This document shows positions 47,970 to 57,316 of a stretch of DNA of 64,000 nucleotides, one piece after another. This DNA is from a virus (taxonomy: Duplodnaviria > Caudoviricetes), in the IMG/VR virus record IMGVR_UViG_3300045391_006539; one strand, 5' to 3'. Position 1 is the stretch's first letter, and the number at the start of each line of letters is the position of its first letter. The position numbers and the translations under genes are program-made. Below the pieces are notes generated by a model. That model had not been told where the DNA came from. It searched no databases and saw only the letters and a list, made by a program, of their open reading frames with translations.

Positions 47970-48274
47970 GCATCGACATCGACACGGTCCTGCGCGTCCT
48001 CGACGCATGTGACCGTGAGTTAGAGAAAGAACCTCTCATTAGCTTCGTAGTCCCCAAGCGAGGGGGCGGCACGGGACAAGTGTTTCTGAAATGGCGTCGG
48101 GGCTGGGGTCTCAAGGACTACATCAGGGACCCAGCTCTCACTGGCATCATCAGCTTGTACCAGGCTGCTCACTCGCGTATCGTTGACCATCGCAACATCA
48201 AGCGACGTCTGACGTACACGCCGAATCAGGGGGACGAGATTCGGTTCATCAGAACGAAACCATCTCGAGTGTGA
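47966..48274 (+). CDS. Hypothetical protein
   Basis: Coupled ORF. Confidence 0.5.
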   Translation: MSIDIDTVLRVLDACDRELEKEPLISFVVPKRGGGTGQVFLKWRRGWGLKDYIRDPALTGIISLYQAAHSRIVDHRNIKRRLTYTPNQGDEIRFIRTKPSRV

Positions 48275-48277
48275 CCT

Positions 48278-49150
48278 TTGGCAAATGAAGCCGTAGACGT
48301 GTTCGTGAAGGACCAGCTGGACCAATCGCTCTCGGGCGTCATCGTCCGCATCTTCAATCCCACGACGCACGTTCCGTACACGCAGCAGGAAACAGACACC
48401 AATGGACAAGCGAGTTTCCTGCTCGAACCAGGCAATTACGAGATGCGGTTCTATCGCTACCGCACCACGTTTTCCCAGCCCCAGTTCTTCGAGGTGGTCG
48501 CCGACCAGCTCAATCAGTTCGACGTCAGCGCCGAAGTTTTCATCCCTCCCATCTCGAACGATGCACGCCTCTGTCGCTGCTCGGGGCTCTTTCGAAACCC
48601 CGATGGGTCAGCGCAGGCGTATCTCGACATGAGCTTCTATCCCGACTTCGCACCCATCTTGCTCGAAGAGACGGGCGTCGTGCCGAGGCACGTGAACATC
48701 CGCACGAACGAAGATGGCTACGCCAGCATCGATTTGATTCGTGGTGGCTGCTACCGAGTGACGGTCGAGGGTCTCGACAACGAAGAGCGCTACGTGCGCG
48801 TGCCGCTGCTCGCGAGCACGAATCTACCCGACCTGCTCTTCCCCGTCGTCGAACGCATCGTCTTCGACCCCGCGGGGCCCTGGACCATCGCCGTCGATGC
48901 CGAGCTCGAGGTGACGCCCACGGTCTATGACAGCGCCGGCGCCATCCTCGCGGGCACGGGTCAGAACGACGTCGACTGGCGCTCGAGCGACCTCGACGTG
49001 CTCGGACTACAGGTCAAGCAGACCACGCTCGTCTTGCGCGGCATCGCGACGGGCTCGGCCGAGCTCCGCGCGGGGCGCCGTGACCTCTCCATCATCGTCA
49101 TCCCCTCCATCCCCATTGCCGGACAACCCATTGCAGTGACGGTACCGTGA
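48278..49150 (+). CDS. Ig-like/transthyretin-like virion protein
   Basis: LSGVIVRIF..ETDTNGQASFLLEPGNY repeat; C-terminal Big-2-like VDWRSSD. Confidence 0.55.
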   Translation: MANEAVDVFVKDQLDQSLSGVIVRIFNPTTHVPYTQQETDTNGQASFLLEPGNYEMRFYRYRTTFSQPQFFEVVADQLNQFDVSAEVFIPPISNDARLCRCSGLFRNPDGSAQAYLDMSFYPDFAPILLEETGVVPRHVNIRTNEDGYASIDLIRGGCYRVTVEGLDNEERYVRVPLLASTNLPDLLFPVVERIVFDPAGPWTIAVDAELEVTPTVYDSAGAILAGTGQNDVDWRSSDLDVLGLQVKQTTLVLRGIATGSAELRAGRRDLSIIVIPSIPIAGQPIAVTVP

Positions 49151-49968
49151 CAGACACCCACGCCCTGCTCACCCTCCAGGCCGCTCAGGTCGCCGCCATG
49201 GCGCTCCGAGCCATCTCCAGCATCCAGCCAATCCTCGGGCCGCCCAATGGCGAGGTGAGCGGGTTCCGCGAGGCCCTCACGGCCCTGCGCGCGCTCTACC
49301 AAGAGCCCGGGATACCGGTACCCAAGGCCCCGCGTCGCCTGCGCCGGCGACCCCAGGCCCAGCCCCGGGTGCACCTGCCCAAACGGCTCTCCGAGCGGCC
49401 CCCACCGCCCCCTCCCGAGCCCGTGGCGCTCGAGGTGGACGAGGAGAGCCCCTGGGACCCCGAGCCCCTCTACGAGGCCTCCCGGTGCCAGGCGTTCCTC
49501 ATGGAGGTCATCCGGCGCGCGGCCCACGACTATGTGCTGTACCGCCAGCACAAGCGCATGGACCTCAAGATGCTGGCCGAACAGGCCTTCACCTGGCTCT
49601 TCGAGGAGGAGCCTGGTCACCCGGCCTGGAAGCAGCGCGAGCGAGCGCTGTTCAAAGTGGTCGATGGGGTTTCGGGGGACGAGGTGGTCGAGGTGGGCAG
49701 TCGGCGGCTGACGAGCTTCCTGTCCATCTGTGAGGCATGCAACCTAGACCCTGGGGCAGTGCGCGACAGAGTCCGCGAGATGACTGTCGAATCCATCATG
49801 CGCACGGGTAGACACGTCGAGCGTCGCAAGCCGCGCGCCAACGCAGACGCGACCAGTATCGAGACACATGCCATCGTCGTAGACATCGACATGGACGCGC
49901 TCGATGCCGAGGCTCAGAGCGACTACTACGATTCGCGTGACTCCTATGGCATAGACCATTCGTGGTGA
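49147..49968 (+). CDS. Hypothetical protein (possible transcription regulator)
   Basis: VIRRAAHDY..AFTWLF..SFLSICEACNLDPGAVR. Confidence 0.55.
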   Translation: MTDTHALLTLQAAQVAAMALRAISSIQPILGPPNGEVSGFREALTALRALYQEPGIPVPKAPRRLRRRPQAQPRVHLPKRLSERPPPPPPEPVALEVDEESPWDPEPLYEASRCQAFLMEVIRRAAHDYVLYRQHKRMDLKMLAEQAFTWLFEEEPGHPAWKQRERALFKVVDGVSGDEVVEVGSRRLTSFLSICEACNLDPGAVRDRVREMTVESIMRTGRHVERRKPRANADATSIETHAIVVDIDMDALDAEAQSDYYDSRDSYGIDHSW

Positions 49969-49972
49969 CACT

Positions 49973-49998
49973 CAATTCTTCCCCGAACGCCGGGATAA
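49973..49998 (+). promoter_or_regulatory. Phage promoter-like motif
   Basis: CAATTC-N13-GGGATAA. Confidence 0.65.
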
Positions 49999-50039
49999 AA
50001 CGGGTGTAGGACCACAACCTGCATCAATGGGAGAACGTA

Positions 50040-50618
50040 ATGAGTGATGAACGGAGTGGGGAGAAGAAGCGCTGGCTCGTGCGGACTTGGGATGTCCCTA
50101 CGACCATGTCTGGAGTGAACAAGACTGTCGAGGCTGCAAACATCGAAGCGCAGCTCAACGAGCTCGCCGCCAATGACTACGACATCCATGCCGTCGACCT
50201 CGACCAGAAGCTCGTGGTCGGTCGCCTCGATGACGAAAAAGTACAGAGCCATGTCTTTGCAACGTTCGGGAGCAACGCGCCAGTGCAGCCCCAGCCCACC
50301 GAACACCCCTCAACGGACAGCTCTACAGAATTCGAGCTCATGGGGATGCACACGACTGAACTGCTCAACAATCTGAGTTCGGTCGTTGCTGCCATCCGCT
50401 ATCTACCCGAGAGTGTCGTCAACGACCGCATCACCTTCCTCGCCAGGGAGTTCGGTCGTGGCAAACCACATGATGAAGTCGTCAAGAGCCTCGACGACAT
50501 CAAGAGATGTCATAGCACTCATCTCTCGCACTGCTCGGCGGGCTGCCCTCGAGACAAGGTCTACGCGATGGTGACCAAGAGTCTCCAGGACCATCTCGCA
50601 GCGAACCCTTTGAGTTGA
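50040..50618 (+). CDS. Hypothetical protein
   Basis: SD GGAG; promoter motif upstream. Confidence 0.6.
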   Translation: MSDERSGEKKRWLVRTWDVPTTMSGVNKTVEAANIEAQLNELAANDYDIHAVDLDQKLVVGRLDDEKVQSHVFATFGSNAPVQPQPTEHPSTDSSTEFELMGMHTTELLNNLSSVVAAIRYLPESVVNDRITFLAREFGRGKPHDEVVKSLDDIKRCHSTHLSHCSAGCPRDKVYAMVTKSLQDHLAANPLS

Positions 50619-50621
50619 GGG

Positions 50622-50657
50622 GCTAAAGAAAGCGCGCCCCATGTAGGGGGCGCGCTT
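50622..50657 (-). terminator. Intrinsic terminator between convergent genes
   Basis: AAGCGCGCCCC-N6-GGGGCGCGCTT; TCTTTAGC tail on the minus strand. Confidence 0.75.
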
Positions 50658-50676
50658 CCTGCGTTCTGCTTAGCAT

Positions 50677-51306
50677 TCAGTTCGAGTAGCAGAGCGCACG
50701 GGCGAGAATCTCGACGCCGCCCGGATTGGTTTTGCTGTAGAAGCAGGACCAGGTGTTGAACTCGACATCCGGGAAGCTGCCCGTGATGGCCACCGTCGTG
50801 CCACCCGAGGTGATGACGCAGCCGCCACCGATGAGCGTGTCACCCTCGTCGCAGGGCGAGAGTACTTGACCAGACATCGCACTCACACTGCCACGGCTGT
50901 CAGCTTGGTAGATGTGGCTCGAGTCGAACCCGCCTGCTACCCCTGCGGGGCCTTGTAGACCACGTGGGCCTTGCGCGCCCTGAGCGCCCGCGGGACCCTG
51001 CGGTCCTTGAGCACCTGCCGAACCCGCGGGACCTGCCGGACCACGCTCGCCAGCGGGGCCCTGCTCGCCTTGCGCACCCGGCTCGCCCTTGGAGCCTCGA
51101 GGTCCCTCGGGACCAGCAGCACCGGGTTCGCCTTGTGGACCCTGGGGGCCCGGTTCTGCGGAACACTCACACGAGGCCGGCTGCTCCTCGGTAGTCTCGT
51201 CAGCTTTCGCGTCTGGCGCGAAGTCGACTTTCATGCCGCCGCAGGCGACGAAGGCGATGGTGATGATGGACGTGATGATGGACTTCGAAACGTTGGACTT
51301 CTTCAT
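50677..51306 (-). CDS. Collagen-like lipoprotein
   Basis: [13 protein letters not shown] lipobox; about 24 Gly-X-Y triplets; Cys-rich C-terminal domain. Confidence 0.75.
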   Translation of the reverse strand: MKKSNVSKSIITSIITIAFVACGGMKVDFAPDAKADETTEEQPASCECSAEPGPQGPQGEPGAAGPEGPRGSKGEPGAQGEQGPAGERGPAGPAGSAGAQGPQGPAGAQGAQGPRGLQGPAGVAGGFDSSHIYQADSRGSVSAMSGQVLSPCDEGDTLIGGGCVITSGGTTVAITGSFPDVEFNTWSCFYSKTNPGGVEILARALCYSN

Positions 51307-51332
51307 GGTTGTTGTTTTCCCTCTCGATATAG

Positions 51333-51358
51333 TTATGCCCGAAATCCGATAGAATTTG
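51333..51358 (-). promoter_or_regulatory. Phage promoter-like motif
   Basis: CAAATT-N13-GGCATAA. Confidence 0.65.
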
Positions 51359-51363
51359 CGTCC

Positions 51364-51516
51364 ATGGACACCGTTGCAGTCATCATCACCATCCTGCTCT
51401 GGCTCGCTGTTGCTCTCATCATGAATAAGGCCTGGGTCTCGATAGCCTGCATGGTCATGATTGCTCTCACGTGTATCGCGTACGTCGTCCCTCTCCTCCG
51501 AAAGCGAAAAGAATGA
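51364..51516 (+). CDS. Small 2-TM membrane protein
   Basis: [20 protein letters not shown]... Confidence 0.5.
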   Translation: MDTVAVIITILLWLAVALIMNKAWVSIACMVMIALTCIAYVVPLLRKRKE

Positions 51517-52160
51517 GTAACTCACCCCTCTCCGAGGCCCTCTATCGCAAGAACATCTTCACACCGCGCGTGCTCATCGATGTCGATGACGTCTGCGCGC
51601 AGTTCCGTGCTGCGTACGTCGCTCTCGCCAACCAGTACTACCAAGAATCAGCCGTCAATCCCAAGTTCTGGTCTGTCGAAGACACCCATTCGGCCTGGGA
51701 CGTGGAATCGGCGATGGGCCTCACTCCAGCCGAGCAGGCAGCCATCTGGCAGCAGGTCAATACGAGCTCGTTTGCTGCCCAGCTCGAACCTGTGACTGGG
51801 TCTGTGCAGGCCATCAAGCGCATTGCCAAGCGCTACGAGGTCGGCTTCGTCACCAAGCCCTTGAAGAGTAGCCCCACATGGACGTACGACAGGAAGAAGT
51901 GGCTCAAGAAGCACTTCGGACAGCTCGGTGAGAACGTCGTGAGCACGGCCCTCAAGGGTTGGGTCGATGGGGACTATCTCATCGAGGACCGATTGCCCAT
52001 GGCGCAGCAGTGGGTCGAGCAACGCCTCTTACGTGGGCATCCACGCATCACGCCCATCGGCATCATCTACGCCTGGCCCTACAATGAACTACCCGAGGTC
52101 TACCACAACCTCGTGCGCTTCTCGGACTGGGAAAGCATCTTGGACTATCTCGGATGTTGA
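51513..52160 (+). CDS. 5'(3')-deoxyribonucleotidase (NT5C, HAD family)
   Basis: [26 protein letters not shown]. Confidence 0.85.
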   Translation: MSNSPLSEALYRKNIFTPRVLIDVDDVCAQFRAAYVALANQYYQESAVNPKFWSVEDTHSAWDVESAMGLTPAEQAAIWQQVNTSSFAAQLEPVTGSVQAIKRIAKRYEVGFVTKPLKSSPTWTYDRKKWLKKHFGQLGENVVSTALKGWVDGDYLIEDRLPMAQQWVEQRLLRGHPRITPIGIIYAWPYNELPEVYHNLVRFSDWESILDYLGC

Positions 52161-52528
52161 GCATCACAGAGCCTGCACCTGCCCCAGTCTGGTTGAGAAT
52201 CGTCGTGGCCTTGTTCATCGCAAGTATCATGCTCGCGCTGGTGGTCTACGTCCTCTGGGTCGAACTCGGAGTGAGGCGCGAGAAGTTCGCAGGCATTGCA
52301 CGTATCCGAGAAGATACACGACTCCTGGGAATATACGGCGAGTGGTTCAACTCTCTATCTGCGGGTGACCTACCACCCGATTACTTCAAGGCCATCCTTC
52401 ACGAGAGCGATATCATCCTAGACCGAGCCAAGAAAGACCAGCCCATCTATGACCTCATCCAAATCAGGCTCCGGGGAACCCCCTACGAGCGAAAACTGCG
52501 AGAAGGACAGTCAGACAAACGTCGATGA
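52154..52528 (+). CDS. Membrane protein
   Basis: N-terminal TM segment. Confidence 0.5.
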   Translation: MLSITEPAPAPVWLRIVVALFIASIMLALVVYVLWVELGVRREKFAGIARIREDTRLLGIYGEWFNSLSAGDLPPDYFKAILHESDIILDRAKKDQPIYDLIQIRLRGTPYERKLREGQSDKRR

Positions 52529-52850
52529 GCCCAAGCCCAGCGAGGTGAAGACTGAGGAAGTAGTCATGGCCAAGGTCCTCGACATTCGCGACCGGCTACC
52601 CCCACTCGTTTTAGGGGATAACCCTTGTGGACGAGTCGCAACCAAACTGCTCGCCGTACTCACCAACGACGAGAACGAACCCTACGTGCACATCGCTGCA
52701 TTGATTGTCACGAGCCATACGCTCCAGCGTCTGCTCAAAGAGGGCTATGGCACGAGTGAAGAAGAGATGCACTACATCCGTGAGCGCGCACACGAGATGG
52801 CCGAGAACATGCGCGTCGAACTCACCTTCAAGAAAGGACCCATGAAGTGA
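52449..52850 (+). CDS. Hypothetical protein (likely start 52566)
   Basis: ORF coupled to the next gene. Confidence 0.5.
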   Translation: MTSSKSGSGEPPTSENCEKDSQTNVDEPKPSEVKTEEVVMAKVLDIRDRLPPLVLGDNPCGRVATKLLAVLTNDENEPYVHIAALIVTSHTLQRLLKEGYGTSEEEMHYIRERAHEMAENMRVELTFKKGPMK

Positions 52851-53053
52851 GACTGAACCGCGTTGGAGAGGTCTATGGCCGACTCCGTGTCTTGAGGGCG
52901 ATGGGCGTCCTGGTCACCCATGACGGACGTACACAGTCATTGTCACAATGGTCGAAGGAACTCGGGATAGGAACGAGCACCCTATCGAGTCGTTACCACC
53001 GAGGTTTACCAGCGAAGGAGATACTCAGCCGTGTCGGTCTCAGACGTCGATGA
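52847..53053 (+). pseudogene. Internally deleted HNH homing-endonuclease remnant
   Basis: N-terminal GEVYGRLRVL joined directly to the C-terminal DNA-binding part THDGRTQSLSQWSKELGI..TLSSRY..G; no HNH core. Confidence 0.6.
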
Positions 53054-54176
53054 ATGGAATGGTGTTGGTCCGCTCCCTACTCTCTATGGACGTGCCGCAG
53101 GAGGTGCCACTCAAGAATGGGTGTGCTGGGTTGAAGGCTCAGACGTATGTGTACGCTGGGGGCAGCGTGGTGGGCAGATGCAAACCGCCCGATTCACATG
53201 CGTTGCCAAGAATGCGGGTAGGGTGAATGCCACAACAGCTGAGCAGCAAGCTGTGAAAGAGGCTCGCTCGAAGTGGCGCAAAATGGTCAAGGTCAAATAC
53301 AACGAGAACATCGAGATGGCAGGGGTGACCGAGCGCATCAAGCCCATGCTCGCAGAGACCTTCGCAGAACACGAGCACAAGCTGAAATACCCGGTCACCG
53401 TCCAACCCAAGCTCAATGGCCATCGTTGCCTCGCGTATCGAAAGAACGGCGAGGTGTTTCTACAGTCACGCAAGGGTGACCAGATTCGTTTGCCTCACGT
53501 CATCAACGACCTCCAGAACGTGCTCACTGGGTCTGGTCCCGTCCTAGATGGAGAGCTGTACATCCATGGCATGAGCCTCCAGAACATTGGCGCGCTCATC
53601 CGCCGTCCGAGACCCGAATCGCTCGCACTCGTCTACTGTGTCTTCGATGTACTTTTCACCTCCGGGGATACAGGTTCGTGGCTGGACCGATTGACGTGGC
53701 TCGAGAGCTTCTTCCAAACGTATAGCCACCACTATCCGCTCGGAAGAGCTCTCTGGAAGGTTCCAGGTATCGACGCCCACTCCAAGCAGGAGGTCATCGA
53801 CATCAAAAAGATGTTCATGAACGAGGGGTATGAGGGCGCCATCGTACGGGCCCATGAAGGCGAGTATCGAATGGGCCATCGCAGTGCAGAACTCCTGAAG
53901 CTCAAGGACTGGAAAGATGGTGAGTATCCCATCGTCGGCTTCACCGTGGGTCGCGGCAAGTTCGAGAACGCGCCCATCTTCACGTGCAGAACCCCAGAAG
54001 GCAAGGACTTCGAGGTGACGCCCATGGGCACAGCCCCGGAACGCTATCAACTCCTGCTCGAAGCTCCGGGGCTCATTGGCAAATTGCTGACTGTGAAATA
54101 TGCCGAGCTCACCGAAGAGGGGAAACCCTCTCATGCCCGTGGCGTGGCAATTCGTGACGAGAGTGACCTCTCGTGA
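53031..54176 (+). CDS. lig: ATP-dependent DNA ligase
   Basis: PMLA, VQPKLNGHRC (motif I), LDGELY, VFD, YEGAIVR, LLKLKD, TVKYAELT. Confidence 0.92.
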   Translation: MSVSDVDEWNGVGPLPTLYGRAAGGATQEWVCWVEGSDVCVRWGQRGGQMQTARFTCVAKNAGRVNATTAEQQAVKEARSKWRKMVKVKYNENIEMAGVTERIKPMLAETFAEHEHKLKYPVTVQPKLNGHRCLAYRKNGEVFLQSRKGDQIRLPHVINDLQNVLTGSGPVLDGELYIHGMSLQNIGALIRRPRPESLALVYCVFDVLFTSGDTGSWLDRLTWLESFFQTYSHHYPLGRALWKVPGIDAHSKQEVIDIKKMFMNEGYEGAIVRAHEGEYRMGHRSAELLKLKDWKDGEYPIVGFTVGRGKFENAPIFTCRTPEGKDFEVTPMGTAPERYQLLLEAPGLIGKLLTVKYAELTEEGKPSHARGVAIRDESDLS

Positions 54177-54778
54177 ACCCCGCAACACAGACTGGACACA
54201 TCAGCGACTGGAAGGTCACTTATCAGAACCTGACCCGTTGGCAGCGATTCAAGGCTCATGCCTGGGGCACACTGGCCTCTCACACAGAAGCCCAGTGGTT
54301 GAAAGCCAATGGTTGGACGTGCGTGGGTCCCAACCAATGGCTCTTGCCACTGTGGCATCCGCACAAGGAGAGAGCCTCATGCCCCAGTCGTGGGCACTCG
54401 CGCTTCGACCACTCCTCAGTCGATGGGGAGCGTCGGTCACGCAAGATAGCCGAACCCTACGACCAGAACCACGCAGCAAACTCTCAGCGGAAGTACTTCC
54501 GTGCTGAACACATTTGCCCCGCCACGGGGCAAATCTCATCCACGGCTCGCTACTCGAGATTCGTGTACATCTCGCATTGGTTACACGGTGTGGGCCTCGC
54601 ATGTGCAGCCTATGGAGGAGGGGCTTACGGGCGTGCAGGGTCTCTCGGGTGGCGACCCGGTCTGTTTTTCCTAGCGGCCGCCCTGTGCTTGTGTTTATCT
54701 TGGCTCAGTTTCTTCAAGTCCCGACGTGAGTTCGAACTCGACCTCGTGGAACGAAGACTCGGAAGGCAAGGTTCATGA
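54173..54778 (+). CDS. Hypothetical membrane protein
   Basis: Two C-terminal hydrophobic segments. Confidence 0.5.
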   Translation: MNPATQTGHISDWKVTYQNLTRWQRFKAHAWGTLASHTEAQWLKANGWTCVGPNQWLLPLWHPHKERASCPSRGHSRFDHSSVDGERRSRKIAEPYDQNHAANSQRKYFRAEHICPATGQISSTARYSRFVYISHWLHGVGLACAAYGGGAYGRAGSLGWRPGLFFLAAALCLCLSWLSFFKSRREFELDLVERRLGRQGS

Positions 54779-54813
54779 CATGAGCGCATTGGTGGCCATC
54801 GAATTGGTGGTAG

Positions 54814-55206
54814 ATGCAAAACGAGTGGAGCAAGAGAACGCGCTATTGGTCACGGTGGGCACCCATCGTGAGAACGACTCCGAGCGGCAAGACAATGTTC
54901 GTCTGCCTCATCTGCGGCGAGTCGACTCCAGCACCGAGAAACGATTGTCCGGAGTGGGAAGAACCACACGGAGAGCGATTCGACCGTCTCGACCCGAGAC
55001 TCGCTGATAGGTTCGAGAGCGACTTTCACAACCTCAATTCATGCAGGAGTGTCGAACTACTCATCAATGTAGCCATCGACCGACACGCAGATAGATTCAA
55101 AGAGGACCTGGTCGAAGACCATCTTCGACCAGAATCCGAGAAGTATTGTGGGCTCTGCCATGGCTGGGGCTGTCAATCGTGCCTCGGCAAAGGCACGCGG
55201 TGGTGA
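54814..55206 (+). CDS. Zn-finger protein
   Basis: CLICG and CGLCHGWGCQSCLGKG. Confidence 0.55.
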   Translation: MQNEWSKRTRYWSRWAPIVRTTPSGKTMFVCLICGESTPAPRNDCPEWEEPHGERFDRLDPRLADRFESDFHNLNSCRSVELLINVAIDRHADRFKEDLVEDHLRPESEKYCGLCHGWGCQSCLGKGTRW

Positions 55207-55541
55207 TTGACATGACACTCATCCTCGACAGGCTCGAACACATCCTCACATCAAAGACGGTCGATGAGCTCGACCTCGTCGAGGAGACACTGCACGCAGG
55301 GCTTCGTGGTGAGGTCTTGCAAGAGCTAGTCCTGACACCATATGGACAGCGCGTGCGCACGTGGTATCGCTTTGCAGCCATGTACAAGCGCATCTATGGA
55401 CCAGGCTGGAAAGAAGTCGTCTCTGCTCGACTTCATGCAGGTCATCTGGAGTACTGCTCTCGACATGCAAAGAGGGGTTGCATGGAACTTGCACTCGGTG
55501 GACTTTGCGACCAGTGTATCCTTCAGCAAGGATACGTCTGA
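55146..55541 (+). CDS. Hypothetical protein (start probably about 55200)
   Basis: Cys-rich C-terminus. Confidence 0.5.
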   Translation: MWALPWLGLSIVPRQRHAVVIDMTLILDRLEHILTSKTVDELDLVEETLHAGLRGEVLQELVLTPYGQRVRTWYRFAAMYKRIYGPGWKEVVSARLHAGHLEYCSRHAKRGCMELALGGLCDQCILQQGYV

Positions 55542-55576
55542 CGATGACACTGGTGTAGAATGGGTTCACTGCAGAC

Positions 55577-55927
55577 ATGCAACAGTACATCACCTCCGCG
55601 GAGGCGTGTCAGTTACTCGACCGAGTCCTTCAAACCGTCCAATCGCTCAACGCAGCGTTTTCTGCGCTTTTCCCACCTCCCGCTACCATCCCAGAAGTGA
55701 GAGCCCTCGAGGCCACCGTGCCAGAGCCATCGGTGGTACCAGCGCCTGAGCCCGTAGCACCGGTACTGACCATCAAACTGAGCGACTTGGTTCGCGCCAG
55801 CGACAACGTGCAAAGACGCAACAAGCAACACAAGCGTCATCAGCGGCAGAACCACCAGCCCCGACACGAGCGCAGAGTGCGCAACGTGGAGGTGGTCTAC
55901 CGCAGAGCGTTCCGAATGGTTTCATGA
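55577..55927 (+). CDS. Hypothetical protein
   Basis: TAGAAT upstream. Confidence 0.5.
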   Translation: MQQYITSAEACQLLDRVLQTVQSLNAAFSALFPPPATIPEVRALEATVPEPSVVPAPEPVAPVLTIKLSDLVRASDNVQRRNKQHKRHQRQNHQPRHERRVRNVEVVYRRAFRMVS

Positions 55928-55934
55928 GGCGAGA

Positions 55935-56255
55935 TTGATTCGATATGTAGTCACTCGGACGTTCAACGCGACCGAGTGGGCCATGGCCGAAGATACAGGC
56001 CAATCAAACCAAGACATCTACATGAGTGAGGACGGGCGCAGCATGCGACCCGTCCTTCGCTTTTGGGCCCCTTCCTGGATGGATGCCAAGCCCATCTACG
56101 ACTGGGCCTGCCGGCGCCTCGACTGGCGCTACGAGAAAGGGGTGAAGAGCTGGTCGGAGGTTAGAATCCTCAGCGGACTCGACCAGGAGACACTCAGTGC
56201 CCAGCTTCCTTTGGCCTTTCCGAAAGAAGAGAAACCCAGACCACGAAACGTGTGA
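55935..56255 (+). CDS. Hypothetical protein
   Basis: ORF with SD. Confidence 0.45.
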   Translation: MIRYVVTRTFNATEWAMAEDTGQSNQDIYMSEDGRSMRPVLRFWAPSWMDAKPIYDWACRRLDWRYEKGVKSWSEVRILSGLDQETLSAQLPLAFPKEEKPRPRNV

Positions 56256-56377
56256 CTGCACCGAGCTCACCCAAGTCGAGGGTGACCGGCGCAAGTATTG
56301 GCCCAAGCTCAAGGGCAGACCCACGGGACATCACCCTGACTGTGAGCACTATGTTCCGCCACCCGTGGAGCGGAAAG

Positions 56378-56557
56378 ATGAGTGATGATGAAGAGACTGC
56401 GGAGAACGAGTGGCAATGGCTCGTTGAATTCTTCTGTCTACCACCCGGCACCCGAGTGACACGAGAGATTGTCTATGGAAACGTGATGGAGATTCATGTC
56501 GAACTACCGCCGAGCGGACTCGACCACGTCGAGTTCGAGCTCGACTTGACCATATGA
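56378..56557 (+). CDS. Small protein directly upstream of the Zn-finger array
   Basis: ATG56378 after GGAG; contains CLPPGTRV. Confidence 0.5.
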   Translation: MSDDEETAENEWQWLVEFFCLPPGTRVTREIVYGNVMEIHVELPPSGLDHVEFELDLTI

Positions 56558-56847
56558 CCGTCGAAGACGCGGTCGAAGAACTCCTTCAAGGGGCCACCAT
56601 CCCGTGTGGTCCCTGCAAGGGCTCGGGCATTGCTGGGATGAGCGCCACGGGCCCTGACCCATGCGGTGACTGCCATGGAGCAGGTCACTTCGTGCGTGAT
56701 AGATGGCTCAAAGCACGCGAGCTCCTCGGCAGCAGCACCCCAGTCCCTTACGGCAGACCCTGGTCCGAGTATCAGCAAGAGGAGTTCGAGTATCAGCGGG
56801 AGGAGTTCGAGCGCTGGGAGCGTACTGACAGGACATGTGGTCTATGA
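56554..56847 (+). CDS. Zn-finger array paralog 1
   Basis: MTVEDAVEELLQG..CGPCKGSG..CGDCHGAG..WLKARELLG..P. Confidence 0.75.
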   Translation: MTVEDAVEELLQGATIPCGPCKGSGIAGMSATGPDPCGDCHGAGHFVRDRWLKARELLGSSTPVPYGRPWSEYQQEEFEYQREEFERWERTDRTCGL

Positions 56848-57212
56848 CGGTCGAAGAAGCCACGGAAGAGATACTCCAAGGCGCGTTCGAGCCATGTGAG
56901 CATTGTAAGAGCGACCCAGGAGGCATGCGCATCCACGACGAAATCAGCATCTGCTACTACTGCAAGGGTCACGCCCAGGTCTATCGCAAGAAGTACCTCC
57001 TCGCATGCAGAACACTCGGCAAGGAACCAATACCCATCCCCAAGAGTCCCTTCCAGTTACAGGAGGAGGAGGTGTGGACACACATGTTCGAGAAGGCGGG
57101 CATCCTTCAAGAGGACATGAAGAAGCAGAGGTTCTCATCGACTACGCAGCTCTCGAAAAACTGGTCTACGCCGAACAGCAGAAGCGTGTCCAAAGGATGG
57201 AAAGGAAACTGA
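56844..57212 (+). CDS. Zn-finger array paralog 2
   Basis: MTVEEATEEILQG..CEHC..CYYCKG..YLLACRTLGKEP. Confidence 0.75.
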   Translation: MTVEEATEEILQGAFEPCEHCKSDPGGMRIHDEISICYYCKGHAQVYRKKYLLACRTLGKEPIPIPKSPFQLQEEEVWTHMFEKAGILQEDMKKQRFSSTTQLSKNWSTPNSRSVSKGWKGN

Positions 57213-57316
57213 GACTGCGCTGGCGGGTGGAGGAATTCAAAGGGGACACGGTCACAGACCCGCCTCCCTTGCCGAGCGTCATTCATTTGACGGCCACACC
57301 CGTGCAACTCAGCACT

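Noticed and set aside
52596-52621. GGGATAA inside the ORF ending at 52850
   Set aside because: No CAA/AAA box at the fixed spacing and no suitable downstream start.
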